Positions 1 through 9,835 of a stretch of 64,000 bases of DNA are shown in pieces. The DNA lies in assembly GCA_963737065.1 (NCBI GenBank), contig CAVTRC010000001.1, forward strand, positions 2,208,001 to 2,272,000. Direction: 5' to 3'. A program made the position numbers and the translations under genes. Source of the stretch: Candidatus Eremiobacteria bacterium. GTDB lineage: Bacteria; Vulcanimicrobiota; Vulcanimicrobiia; Vulcanimicrobiales; Vulcanimicrobiaceae. The notes under the pieces were generated by a model. It was not told where the DNA came from. It did not search any database and saw only the letters and a program-made list of their open reading frames with translations. Positions within the stretch are counted from its first letter, which is position 1. Each line of letters opens with the position of its first letter.

Positions 1-336
1 AAAGTTATGACGATCGCTTTTACGATGCTCGGTACCGACTTTCTCGCGCTTAACGGCGGTGAATGGGAACTCGCGCCGCATCCCGCGTTCATGGTTCACT
101 GCGAGACGCAAGAGGAAGTCGATCGCTATTGGGATCGCCTGTCCGAAGGCGGCGAAACGCAGCCGTGCGGATGGCTTCGCGATAAATACGGGATCGAATG
201 GAACATCGTACCGACCGTTTTGCTCGATCTCCTTCGCGATCCCGACCGCCAAAAATCGAATCGCGTCATGAAGGCGATGATGGAAATGGGCAAACTCGAC
301 ATCGCGGCATTACGCGCGGCGGCCGAATCATCATAA
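1..336 (+). CDS. VOC/PhnB-like family protein (5' truncated by window)
   Basis: Motifs FLALNGG, CETQEEVDRYW, CGWLRDKYGIEWNIVP, RVMKAMMEMGKLDI are typical of the 3-demethylubiquinone-MT-like VOC family. Confidence 0.85.
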   Translation, partial: KVMTIAFTMLGTDFLALNGGEWELAPHPAFMVHCETQEEVDRYWDRLSEGGETQPCGWLRDKYGIEWNIVPTVLLDLLRDPDRQKSNRVMKAMMEMGKLDIAALRAAAESS

Positions 337-352
337 CGCGCTAATCGAAACG

Positions 353-1534
353 TCACGTCGATGCGTCGAGTGCGACGATGCGTTTTCCCAAACTCGGGTG
401 CGTGCCGAAGAAGAACTCGTACCATCCCGGCACGTCTTCTTCGGCAAGGTTCTGATCGCGCAGACGGCGGAACGCCGACGCACCCGCCTGCGGATTGCTT
501 GTCGCCGCGAGCGCAAACCGGTCGGCGGCCCATTCACGCGATCGCGAGAACGCAGCCATCGCCGGACGCAACACGTGCATGCCCGCACCGGCGAGCGCGG
601 CGATCCGCGCGATGCGCAGCGAATCGTCGCGATCGGTGGAACGTTCCGCGCGCGCGACGAGCGCCAGCAGGACTGCGGTCGCAAGTTCCGCCACAAAAAT
701 CAACCGCCACGTGTCGCGCGACACGTAATGCCCTAGCTCGTGCGCGATAACGAACTCGATTTCGTCGGGCGCAAAGTTATCGATCAACGTATCGCCGAGC
801 ACGATTCGATGCGTCTGCCCGACGCCCGCAACAAACGCATTTGCCTTGCGCGTTTGCCGGCTCATGTCCATGCGTAAAATCTCCGCGTCGCCGACGCCGA
901 AGCGTGACGCCAGCGCGCGTAAGCGTATTTCCAGCGGTCCGTCGAGCCGTTCGAACGTATTGAAAAGCGGAAGAATGTACACGGGCACGATCACGTTCGC
1001 AAGCACGTAGAGCGGAAACGCGGCAAGCGCCGTGACGAACGGCCACGAGCGCGGGAAACGGCCGACGAGCGCTGCGGCGAGCGTCGCGAGCAAGGACGTC
1101 ACGATCGCTTCGATCGCCGTCGATTTCGCCCAATCACCGACATACGACCGCAGCGATTGTTCGCTCAGTCCGTAGCGCCGTTCGATGCGGAATCCTTCGG
1201 AGATCGAAACGGGAAGCTCCGCCGCGGCGCCGGTCAGCGAGGCGAACGCAGCAAACGCGGCTGGTCGTGCCCAACCGGGAAGCGGCGCGACGATGCGCGC
1301 GGTTCGCATTCCGACCGGTCCGTATGCAAACGCAAGTGCGGATGTCGTGGAGCGAAGAACATCGCTGACCGCAAAGGCGCGGCGCGCGCGTCCATACTGC
1401 GCGGCCTTCCCGTTCGGCTGCACAGGTGCTTGCGCGGTATCGCGCACGGCGCCGAGCGCCTCGATCGTGCGAATCGCCGCGTAACCCGTAAGTACGCCGG
1501 TTGCCAATCCAATCATGAACCCGCGGAGTTTCAT
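353..1534 (-). CDS. M48 (Ste24/HtpX-like) membrane zinc metalloprotease
   Basis: HELGH zinc motif, ANAFVAG, EWAADRFA, THPSLGKR, several TM segments. Confidence 0.9.
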   Translation of the reverse strand: MKLRGFMIGLATGVLTGYAAIRTIEALGAVRDTAQAPVQPNGKAAQYGRARRAFAVSDVLRSTTSALAFAYGPVGMRTARIVAPLPGWARPAAFAAFASLTGAAAELPVSISEGFRIERRYGLSEQSLRSYVGDWAKSTAIEAIVTSLLATLAAALVGRFPRSWPFVTALAAFPLYVLANVIVPVYILPLFNTFERLDGPLEIRLRALASRFGVGDAEILRMDMSRQTRKANAFVAGVGQTHRIVLGDTLIDNFAPDEIEFVIAHELGHYVSRDTWRLIFVAELATAVLLALVARAERSTDRDDSLRIARIAALAGAGMHVLRPAMAAFSRSREWAADRFALAATSNPQAGASAFRRLRDQNLAEEDVPGWYEFFFGTHPSLGKRIVALDAST

Positions 1535-1571
1535 AGGTACGGTCTTACCCTCTCACGGGCCGCACGAGCGG

Positions 1572-3065
1572 CTAATTCACGCGGGGCTGCGCGACCGCGA
1601 CACGTTCGGCTTCTTGTAACGCTACGGTGCTCATCCGGCGCCCGTACGAGAAATAGAACAGCAAGCCGATTGTGAACCATATCAAAAATCCCAGCCAGAC
1701 CAGCGGAAAGAATCCCCAAACATACGGATTGCCGACCTTCAAGAAATACATGAGAAAGAGCGCCGCAATCGCCGAGATCGTCGGCAAAATGTATGGCCCG
1801 AACGGAACCGTGAAGGCCGACCGTAGTTCCGGGTGACGCAAGCGCAGTACGGGGACGGCCGCCGACGTCAGCACGAATGCCGCGAGCGTTCCCATATTCG
1901 TGAGCGAGCCGAGAATCGAGATGGGAAAGAATGCGCCGCCGGCCGCAATGAGGACGCCGAAGATTAACTGCGAGATCCACGGCGTTTTCCATACCGGATG
2001 AAGCCGCGTAAATGTCGGCGGAATCAGACCGTCGCGCGACATCGAGAAGAAGATGCGGCTCTGGCCGAACATCATGACGAGCATGACGGTCGTCAAACCG
2101 GCAAGCGCGCCGAAGGAGATGATCACGCTCGCCCACGGCAGGCCGACGTAATTCATTGCAAATGCGACTGGATCGGCGACGTTGAGTTTGTAGAACGGCA
2201 CCATTCCGTTCAGAATCGCCACGACGACGATAAAGAGAATCGTGCAGATGATCAGGCTCGCAATGATGCCGAACGGCAGATCGCGCGCCGGGTTCTTCGC
2301 TTCTTCGGCTGCCGTCGAAACCGCATCGAATCCGATGTACGCGAAGAAGCAGAACGCGGCGCCCCCGAGCATTCCGGTAATGCCGAAGGGAAAGTATCCG
2401 CCGAATCCAGTTTGCGGTCCGGGCGGAAGATGATAGTAGGCCGTGTTGATATGGCCCGCACCGACCGCGATAAAGAAGAGCACGATCGCGACTTTGATTG
2501 CAACGATCACGGCGTTGACCGAACTCGATTCACGCGTGCCGCGAACGAGCAGCCCGCTCAGAATACAGACGATGACGGCGGCCGGAATGTTCGCAACTCC
2601 GGGTGTCGGATCCCAATGGCTGTGCGTCCAAATCGCGGGCAAGTCGAAGCCCCAGACGTGCAAAATGTTCGTGAAAAAACCCGACCATCCGACGCTCACC
2701 GTTGCAGCGCCGAGCGCGTATTCCAACACCAAGCCCCATCCGACGATCCATGCGAGAAATTCGCCCCACGTCGCATATGTATAGGTATACGCGCTTCCTG
2801 AAATCGGGATTTTGCTCGAAACTTCTGCGTAGCACAGTGCCGCGAGCGCGCTCACGATGCCGGCGACGACGAAGGAGATCGTGATCGATGGCCCGCTTCG
2901 CGTTGCGGATGCGACGCCGGTGAACACGAAGATGCCCGTGCCGATGATTGCGCCGATGCCCATCGCGGTGAGCGCCCATGGGCCGAGCGATCGTTTCAAT
3001 CCATGCTGTTCGTTACGGCCTTCCGCGAGGATGCGTGCGAGGGGTTTGACGCGTTGTAAGATCAT
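1572..3065 (-). CDS. APC-family amino acid permease
   Basis: GAIIGTGIF, LCYAEVSS, GFDAVSTAAEE motifs; start placed at ATG 3065 after AGGAGGA. Confidence 0.92.
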   Translation of the reverse strand: MILQRVKPLARILAEGRNEQHGLKRSLGPWALTAMGIGAIIGTGIFVFTGVASATRSGPSITISFVVAGIVSALAALCYAEVSSKIPISGSAYTYTYATWGEFLAWIVGWGLVLEYALGAATVSVGWSGFFTNILHVWGFDLPAIWTHSHWDPTPGVANIPAAVIVCILSGLLVRGTRESSSVNAVIVAIKVAIVLFFIAVGAGHINTAYYHLPPGPQTGFGGYFPFGITGMLGGAAFCFFAYIGFDAVSTAAEEAKNPARDLPFGIIASLIICTILFIVVVAILNGMVPFYKLNVADPVAFAMNYVGLPWASVIISFGALAGLTTVMLVMMFGQSRIFFSMSRDGLIPPTFTRLHPVWKTPWISQLIFGVLIAAGGAFFPISILGSLTNMGTLAAFVLTSAAVPVLRLRHPELRSAFTVPFGPYILPTISAIAALFLMYFLKVGNPYVWGFFPLVWLGFLIWFTIGLLFYFSYGRRMSTVALQEAERVAVAQPRVN

Positions 3066-3125
3066 CGCTCCTCCTGATATGTCGTTCCGAGAATTCACGA
3101 GCATCGCGTCGAAACCCGTCGCAAC

Positions 3126-4622
3126 ATGATCTTACTCGAACATGGACGCATCTACGCCTTCGACCGCACATCACACCGTTTCACACGGTATTCCAACATG
3201 TTGGTCGATGGTGCCCGCATTGCGGCACTCGACGTCGATGTTTCCGGCATCAACGTGAGACGTATGGATCTCGACGGCCGCACGGTGTTGCCCGCGTTTG
3301 CCGACTGCCACGTGCATCTCGCCGAGACCGGCTATCATACCGGCGCGCGCTCGTTGCGCGGCGTTCCGAGCTATGCGGCGTATCAGCGCGCCGTCGAACG
3401 CGCGCCGATCGAACACGGCATGTTGTATCTCGGATTGTTCGACGACGCGCTGTGGCCCGATGGACGCGCCGACCGCGCTCCGGTCGAGCGGTATCACCCT
3501 AATGCGATTGCCATGATCGTGCGCGTCGACGGCCACTCGTGCATCGTCAACCGCAAAACGTTCACGTGGCTGGGTCTTCCCGCGGATCTCAACGGCATCG
3601 AACGAGACGAGGTCGACGCTCCGACGGGCCGTTTGTTTTACGAGGCAAATTGGCGCGCGCAGAAGACGCTGCTCGAACGGATGCCGGTCTCCGTGGTGCG
3701 CGGCGCCGAACGCCGCGGCGCCGAGGCCGCACTGGCGAACGGCATCGTTCACCTGCACGCGCAACTACTCGGCCGCGACGTGGACGGATATGCCGCGGAC
3801 ATCGAATCGTTCCGCGCGCTGCCGGTGAACGTGCACGCGAAAATCTGCGAACCCGATCCGCTGCTTGCCGAACGTTTCAATCTTCCGTACATCGGCGGTG
3901 ACGTATTTCTCGACGGTTCCATCGGCAGTTGCACGGCCGCCGTCTCGGTTCCGTATGAATCGGCCGGCCGTGGCGAATTGCGGTACACCGACGACGAAGT
4001 CTACGCATATTTTTCCGCAGCCGAAACGCACGGGATCTCGGCGGGCGTTCACGCGATCGGCGACGAGGCGATCGATCAATGCGTGCGCACGTGGATGCGC
4101 GTCCTCGCTGGTGCGCCGTCAGCGCGCGGCACGCGTCATTTCATCGAACATTTCGAAATCGCGCGCGAGGACCATATCGAACTGTGCGCGGCGATGAACA
4201 TCCACCTCTCCATGCAGCCGCAGTTCGACGCTTATTGGGGCGGCGATGGCGGTATGTACGAAGCGCGCCTCGGCGCAGCGCGCAAGCGCACGATGAACGC
4301 GCTCGGACGCCTCCATCGCGCCGGCGCAACAGTTTGTGGCGGATCGGACAGCCCCGTGTGCGTGCTCGACGCGCTCGCAGGAATGCAAGCCTGCGTCGAT
4401 CATAACGAACCATCGGAGCGTCTGACGCCACACGAAGCGCTCGCACTTTACACCGTGAATGCGGCGCGTTTCGGATTCGTTGAAACGCAAACCGGAAACC
4501 TCGAGCCGGGATTGCATGCGGACCTGGCCATTCTCGATAGCGATCCGCTCGACGGGGCCGCGTTCGACCGCTGCCGCGTCGTTGAAACGTGGCGCGGCGG
4601 CGAGTGCGCCTACTCCTTGTGA
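3126..4622 (+). CDS. Amidohydrolase (YtcJ-like, Amidohydro_3)
   Basis: DCHVH, HAIGD, EH, GSDSPV, YTVNAA, G..ADLAILD motifs. Confidence 0.88.
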   Translation: MILLEHGRIYAFDRTSHRFTRYSNMLVDGARIAALDVDVSGINVRRMDLDGRTVLPAFADCHVHLAETGYHTGARSLRGVPSYAAYQRAVERAPIEHGMLYLGLFDDALWPDGRADRAPVERYHPNAIAMIVRVDGHSCIVNRKTFTWLGLPADLNGIERDEVDAPTGRLFYEANWRAQKTLLERMPVSVVRGAERRGAEAALANGIVHLHAQLLGRDVDGYAADIESFRALPVNVHAKICEPDPLLAERFNLPYIGGDVFLDGSIGSCTAAVSVPYESAGRGELRYTDDEVYAYFSAAETHGISAGVHAIGDEAIDQCVRTWMRVLAGAPSARGTRHFIEHFEIAREDHIELCAAMNIHLSMQPQFDAYWGGDGGMYEARLGAARKRTMNALGRLHRAGATVCGGSDSPVCVLDALAGMQACVDHNEPSERLTPHEALALYTVNAARFGFVETQTGNLEPGLHADLAILDSDPLDGAAFDRCRVVETWRGGECAYSL

Positions 4623-4867
4623 CCAGCTTTGCGGCGCGTCGTCAGCTTGGCCATCAGCGAGGCGCGAACCGCGGGTGGCGGTGCGCTCGCTGGAACTGCG
4701 CCCGGTGCGCCGTGCCGGTGCACGCACTTGCAACGCCGGGGATTCCGCCGGCGCGGATCCGTGGGAGCCGGGAGGTCCCACGCCGCGCAGCCGTGGGCAT
4801 CGTGCAGTTCCGGGCCGTGGCCGCAAATGCAAATGGTCGACGCAGTAGTTAGCAGACTAGCGCTCAT
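4610..4867 (-). CDS. Small Cys/His-rich hypothetical protein, possible zinc-binding
   Basis: 85 aa ORF fills the gap between two + strand genes; CICGH-x4-H-x4-C...CKC cluster. Confidence 0.45.
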   Translation of the reverse strand: MSASLLTTASTICICGHGPELHDAHGCAAWDLPAPTDPRRRNPRRCKCVHRHGAPGAVPASAPPPAVRASLMAKLTTRRKAGHKE

Positions 4868-4989
4868 TACAGCTCAACCGTACATAATTTTGGCCGAGCG
4901 TGCAAGGGCCCGCCGGACCGCAGCGTCGTCCGAAAAACTGTATGAGTCGTTCGCCTCATAGGACTTGAAGCCCATGCTATAGTGCCCTT

Positions 4990-6297
4990 GTGCATCACGG
5001 CTCGGCGGCGAAGCGTGAAAATCTTCCACACGTCGTGATTGTCGGTGGCGGCTTCGGCGGTCTGTATGCCGCGAAGGCGTTCGCTCGAGCGCCGGTGCGA
5101 GTCACGCTCGTCGACAAGAATAGTTATCACATGTTCCGCCCGCTGATGTATCAAGTGGCAACCGGAATCCTTTCTCCCGACGAGATTGCCGCGCCGCTGC
5201 GAACGATTTTCCGAAGCCAAGCGAATATTGAGGTTCGCATGGGCGAAGTGACCGGCATCGACACGCAGAAGCAGCTCGTGCACGTCGAGCCGTGCGATCT
5301 GCGCTATGACTATCTTGTGCTCGCGACGGGCATTCGGAGCAACTATTTCGGGCACGACGCCTGGGAACAGTATGCGCCGTCGCTTGATTCACTCGAGGGC
5401 GCGGAGAGAATGCGTCGCGACGTGTTGTTGGCGTTTGAAAAAGCCGAACGGCTCGCGTCATGCAACGCAAGCCCCGATCGAATACGCGCGATGATGACGA
5501 TCGTATTGGTCGGCGGCGGCACGGTCGGCGTTGAGTTGGCCGGCACACTCGCGGAGTTATGCCACATGGCGCGCAACGGTGAGTTTCGGCACATCGATCC
5601 CGGTGACGCCCAAATCGTTCTCTACGAAGGTGCACCGCGGATACTGCCGACATTCCCGGAACACTTGTCGTCGAAGGCAATGCAGCATCTCGAACATCTC
5701 GGTGTGAAAATCCGGACCGGTGTGCGCGTGGAACAAATCGACCGCACCGGCGTTGTGGCGGGCGGTACTCACGTTCCGAGCGCGACCGTCTTGTGGTCCG
5801 CGGGCGTCGTCGCGTCGCCCGCCGCAACCTGGTTAGGCGTTGAAGCGGCACGTGGCGGAAAACTAAAGGTCAATGCCGATCTTTCGGTGCCCGGACTACC
5901 AAACGTTTTCGCGATCGGCGACACCGCCGAAGTCGTTGCTCCCAAGCGCAATCTGTTTGGGATGAAAACGGGCAAGGCGGAGATGCCCGGCGTCGCGCAG
6001 CCCGCAATTCAGGAAGGCGAATTCGTTGCGAAGTTGATTGCAAGCATCGCCGAAGGCAAAGAGCGGCGAGCGACGTTTTCGTATGTCGACAAAGGCGATC
6101 TCGCGGTCGTTGGGCGCGGATACGCGATCGCCGACCTTCGCGTGTGGCGCTCCGCGGGGTTCTTCGCGTGGTTGATATGGGCGGGCGTTCACATTCTAAA
6201 CTTGATCGGCTATGCGAATCGATTTCTCGTCCTGGCTCGCTGGGCGATCACCTATCTCATGCGACGGCGCGACGCGCCGGTTGTCCAAGGCGACTAA
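4990..6297 (+). CDS. ndh: Type II NADH dehydrogenase-like FAD/NAD oxidoreductase
   Basis: GGGFGG, RPLMYQVATG, VGGGTVGVELAG, VFAIGD, AQPAIQEG, YVDKGDLA. Confidence 0.88.
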   Translation: MHHGSAAKRENLPHVVIVGGGFGGLYAAKAFARAPVRVTLVDKNSYHMFRPLMYQVATGILSPDEIAAPLRTIFRSQANIEVRMGEVTGIDTQKQLVHVEPCDLRYDYLVLATGIRSNYFGHDAWEQYAPSLDSLEGAERMRRDVLLAFEKAERLASCNASPDRIRAMMTIVLVGGGTVGVELAGTLAELCHMARNGEFRHIDPGDAQIVLYEGAPRILPTFPEHLSSKAMQHLEHLGVKIRTGVRVEQIDRTGVVAGGTHVPSATVLWSAGVVASPAATWLGVEAARGGKLKVNADLSVPGLPNVFAIGDTAEVVAPKRNLFGMKTGKAEMPGVAQPAIQEGEFVAKLIASIAEGKERRATFSYVDKGDLAVVGRGYAIADLRVWRSAGFFAWLIWAGVHILNLIGYANRFLVLARWAITYLMRRRDAPVVQGD

Positions 6298-6308
6298 TAG
6301 CGCGCGCG

Positions 6309-7445
6309 TTACACCAAAGTGATCGTCTCTTTCGGCTTCGGATGCGCGGCAAGCGACGCCAGCAACGCGTCCGCAAGCTGATCGACGATCGGATCGTCGA
6401 TCTCTTCAACCCGACCCTCATCGGCGAGCGCCGCTTTGCGCGGGTCGATCGGAATACACGCGAACATCGGCGCTTGAGCAAGTTCCGCGACGCGGCTCGC
6501 ATACGAGGGACCGAACACGTCATACTTCTTTCCCGTATCAGGCGCAACGAAATACGACATGTTCTCCACCACACCGAGGATTGGTTTTTTCAGTTGATGC
6601 ACGAGATTCGCCGCCTTCCGCACGATCATCGTCGCAAGCGCTTGCGGCATCGTCACCAACACGACTCCGTCAACCGACAGTGATTGCAATACGGTCAATG
6701 GTGCATCCGACGTTCCCGGCGGCAGATCGATCAGCAGCACGTCCAGATCGCTCCACAACACTTGCTCGTAAAATTGGCGGATAACGCCCGAGAGAATCGG
6801 GCCGCGCCAAATCATCGCGGTGTCTTCTTTGTCGGTCAGCAGATTCGCGCTCACGACTTCAATGGCGCTGCGCGAGACGGCCGGCACCATGAGCGGCTGC
6901 GGGTTGCCTTGCGGCGTTTTCGGCGCATTGGGGTCGGCTTCAATTGCAAGCGGTGTGTGCAAGCCGAGGAGTTTGGGAATCGAGGGTCCGGTGATGTCGC
7001 CGTCGAGAATGCCGACCGAGAGATGTTTGCGCCGCAATCCGAGCGCGAACAACGCGGTGACGAGCGATTTGCCGACGCCGCCTTTGCCCGACATGACGGG
7101 CACGACGTGTTTGATGCGCGCGCGACCGCTGAATTGTCCGGGTGCGCGACGCGACGCCGCCTTATCGTCGTTGGAGATCAGCGGAACGAAACCCGAAAGG
7201 CGCGCCTGCGTGAGCGCCGCAACGATTGGTTCGGCGCGCAAGCCATGCGCTTTTGCACCCTGTTCGATCGTCTCGTACTTGCTGACGCCGCAACCGGAGC
7301 ACCCAAGACCGAACTGCGTCAACACATCCGCCGCGATCGGCAGCGCCGAGACGAGCTCCTTGATGTTGCTCTGCGGGGAAATCGGCATCTCTACGTGAGG
7401 CATCGCTTCTATTAAACCATGTACCGCCATCAACGGCTGCGCCAA
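6309..7445 (-). CDS. Mrp/NBP35 (ApbC) Fe-S cluster carrier ATPase with N-terminal DUF1858-like domain; start uncertain
   Basis: SGKGGVGKS, DITGPS, IWRGP, DLPPGTSD, GVVENMS; N-terminal FGLGCSGC. Confidence 0.88.
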   Translation of the reverse strand: MAQPLMAVHGLIEAMPHVEMPISPQSNIKELVSALPIAADVLTQFGLGCSGCGVSKYETIEQGAKAHGLRAEPIVAALTQARLSGFVPLISNDDKAASRRAPGQFSGRARIKHVVPVMSGKGGVGKSLVTALFALGLRRKHLSVGILDGDITGPSIPKLLGLHTPLAIEADPNAPKTPQGNPQPLMVPAVSRSAIEVVSANLLTDKEDTAMIWRGPILSGVIRQFYEQVLWSDLDVLLIDLPPGTSDAPLTVLQSLSVDGVVLVTMPQALATMIVRKAANLVHQLKKPILGVVENMSYFVAPDTGKKYDVFGPSYASRVAELAQAPMFACIPIDPRKAALADEGRVEEIDDPIVDQLADALLASLAAHPKPKETITLV

Positions 7446-7496
7446 AAGCGGCCCACGATCGTATTCGGGAAGCGCAACTCCGCGGTGCCGTCAAAA

Positions 7497-8441
7497 CTAC
7501 GAGGAAGGAGACGCGATCGTTCGTTTTGGCGCATCATAGACGTACGCCTCTCGATTCCAACCCGCGGCCGTGAAGCACAGCTCGTAAATGGAATCGATGA
7601 ACGCCGTGATCGCGGCAGCGGGATCTTCAAGAGAACGCACGTCGTCGTAAGGCATCGTCCATTCGTGTAGCGCTGTAGACCACGTTGCCGGCGAAGCTAC
7701 CGGCAAATGTGCCGCATTGGGCGGCTCCGGGTAGATGTACCCGTAGAAAAATGGCGCGTTGTGTTCGTCCCCGACATAGAGTCCCACGTTCATTAATTCA
7801 GCATCGAGATCGTATTTCATGATGTAGCCGCGATCGGTCGGCGCGGCCACGCGCCGGCCGCTAAATAGAATGAGCGCTAAGTCGAAAGCGCCCCACCACA
7901 ATGGAATACCTGTGCGTCCGAAGAAACGCGCGCGCCACGAATCAAACACAGTCGCGGTGGCTGTCGTCGCGCGGAACCAACGTTGCACGGCAGGCGGGTC
8001 GTACTCGCTCGGACGACGATCGTCATTGAAGGGTGTCGTGTCCGGGACTTCCTGAGGGACGGGCGAGAGGTAACAGGTCAGGCGCAGTTCGCGCAGCGCG
8101 GCAGACACGGCGGCGAACACTTCGGCAATCGTTCGTACCGGCAACAACGGGATGGTTCGTTTCTCACCGTCGCTACGCGCGATAACGATCGTCGAGTCGA
8201 ACACGTCGAGCATCGCCTCGAATGAGCCGCGTCCGAACGGTATGAATCCCGTGGTGAACCCGCGAGCCGTGAGAGATAACGGCGTGAACATCCAGTTTGG
8301 CTGCGACGGCGATAATGCGACGCGCATCTTGCCGAGCATCTGCGAATACAGATGGAGGCTCCGCTTCGTTCCCGCCCACGTTGCAACGTCAATGTCCGGC
8401 CAAACCGAGCCGTCATGAGCGGCATTATCCGATGTGATCAT
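7497..8441 (-). CDS. DUF5996-like protein
   Basis: WAGTKRSLHLYSQMLGK, LTARGFTTG, WWGAFDLA, FYGYIYPEP pattern. Confidence 0.7.
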   Translation of the reverse strand: MITSDNAAHDGSVWPDIDVATWAGTKRSLHLYSQMLGKMRVALSPSQPNWMFTPLSLTARGFTTGFIPFGRGSFEAMLDVFDSTIVIARSDGEKRTIPLLPVRTIAEVFAAVSAALRELRLTCYLSPVPQEVPDTTPFNDDRRPSEYDPPAVQRWFRATTATATVFDSWRARFFGRTGIPLWWGAFDLALILFSGRRVAAPTDRGYIMKYDLDAELMNVGLYVGDEHNAPFFYGYIYPEPPNAAHLPVASPATWSTALHEWTMPYDDVRSLEDPAAAITAFIDSIYELCFTAAGWNREAYVYDAPKRTIASPSS

Positions 8442-8473
8442 GGCGTGTAACGGCCTTTTCGCCGCGACGCCCG

Positions 8474-8737
8474 TTACAACCGCTGATCGACGGTAACGAC
8501 CGCGAGGTGTCGCGACGCGAGACGCACGAACCAATAACAGAGCAGGGATAAAAGCGCAGCATCATCCAGCAATCCCAAGCCCGGTATGTCGCTGAAGAGA
8601 TCGATCGGCGATATAATCAACACCGCAATTACGAGCGTCGCTGCCTTGAGCATCAACGGTACACGCATATCGCGCATCAACGGCACGGCGCGGAACACCG
8701 AGCTCTTGGCGGCAAGCAGAAGGCGAAGAACGTTCAT
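8474..8737 (-). CDS. YkvA/DUF1232-family small membrane protein
   Basis: SPIDLFSDIPGLGLLDD signature; 87 aa from ATG 8737. Confidence 0.8.
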   Translation of the reverse strand: MNVLRLLLAAKSSVFRAVPLMRDMRVPLMLKAATLVIAVLIISPIDLFSDIPGLGLLDDAALLSLLCYWFVRLASRHLAVVTVDQRL

Positions 8738-9569
8738 GGAGCATGCTACTCCGTCACCCGGCAATGAGTTTCGGCAGCCGAGCGATGCGTCGTTTACGGC
8801 GGCGATCCCCGAGCGATACGAGAAAGATCTCGTGCCGCTGCTCTTCGAGCCGTACGCCCGCGACCTGTGCGATCGCGTCGCTCGGTATGCGCCCTCGCGC
8901 GTCTTGGAGATCGCCGCGGGCACCGGTGCGCTTACCCGTGAACTCGGTGCTGCGCTTCCCGAAAGCAACATCGTTGCGACGGATCTGAATCAAGCGATGC
9001 TCGATGTTGCGGCACGTTCGGTGCACGCTGCGAACGTTCGCTTAGAACGGGCTGATGCGGCTTCGCTGCCGTTCGAAGCGCACACGTTCGATGTGGTGGT
9101 CGCGCAGTTCGGCGTCATGTTCTTTCCCGATAAGGGTTCGGCGTTTCGCGAAGCGCGGCGCATGTTACGAGACGATGGAACGTTCATTTTCAGCGTCTGG
9201 GACGGCGCAGCAAAAAATCCGTTCGACGATGCTATCTGCGAAACATACAAGCGGCATACCGGTGAGGCGTGTTTCCTCGAACGCGTGCCGTTCGGCTATT
9301 CCGATCGGGACCGCGTTACAAACGATCTGCGGCGCGCCGGATTTACGAACATTTGGATAGAGCGGGTGAAACGAACGACAACGGTGCGGTCCCCCGTTCA
9401 TGCATTCGACGCGCTCGTGAACGGGTCGCCCCTCGCAGCGGATTTTGATTCGCTTGGCATGGAGCGCGGGTCCGCGGTCCGCGCTGCAATAGCCGAACGC
9501 CTCACAAGTCTCTTCGGAGACGGCGAATTCAACAACGACATGTGCGCGCTCGTAATCGCCGCATCCTGA
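8736..9569 (+). CDS. Class I SAM-dependent methyltransferase
   Basis: IPERYEKDLVPLLFEPYA, VLEIAAGTG, QFGVMFFPDK; start at ATG 8736. Confidence 0.9.
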   Translation: MEHATPSPGNEFRQPSDASFTAAIPERYEKDLVPLLFEPYARDLCDRVARYAPSRVLEIAAGTGALTRELGAALPESNIVATDLNQAMLDVAARSVHAANVRLERADAASLPFEAHTFDVVVAQFGVMFFPDKGSAFREARRMLRDDGTFIFSVWDGAAKNPFDDAICETYKRHTGEACFLERVPFGYSDRDRVTNDLRRAGFTNIWIERVKRTTTVRSPVHAFDALVNGSPLAADFDSLGMERGSAVRAAIAERLTSLFGDGEFNNDMCALVIAAS

Positions 9570-9577
9570 ACGCGCGT

Positions 9578-9766
9578 CTACCAGAGCGCGCCGTCGGATA
9601 CGAGAATGTAGACGATCGGACCGAGACCCCAAACCAGGCTGACGATGAACCAAATGAGTTTCTTGGCGCCGTCGAGATCGGTTCGGCCGAGCAAGTTCAT
9701 CCACATCAGCACCATCGCAATCGGGTGCAAGACGATCGACAGCAAAATTTCGAAGAGCAGCTTCAT
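9578..9766 (-). CDS. Small membrane protein, PLDc N-terminal-like
   Basis: 62 aa: MKLLFEILLS...KKLIWFIVSLVWGLGPIVYILV, with K..W......G...Y pattern. Confidence 0.7.
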   Translation of the reverse strand: MKLLFEILLSIVLHPIAMVLMWMNLLGRTDLDGAKKLIWFIVSLVWGLGPIVYILVSDGALW

Positions 9767-9835
9767 GCTTAACTTATAGCAAATACGATCGAGCCTCAAA
9801 CGGTGTGCTCGCATTCGCGTCGAAGCCCCGCGGTA

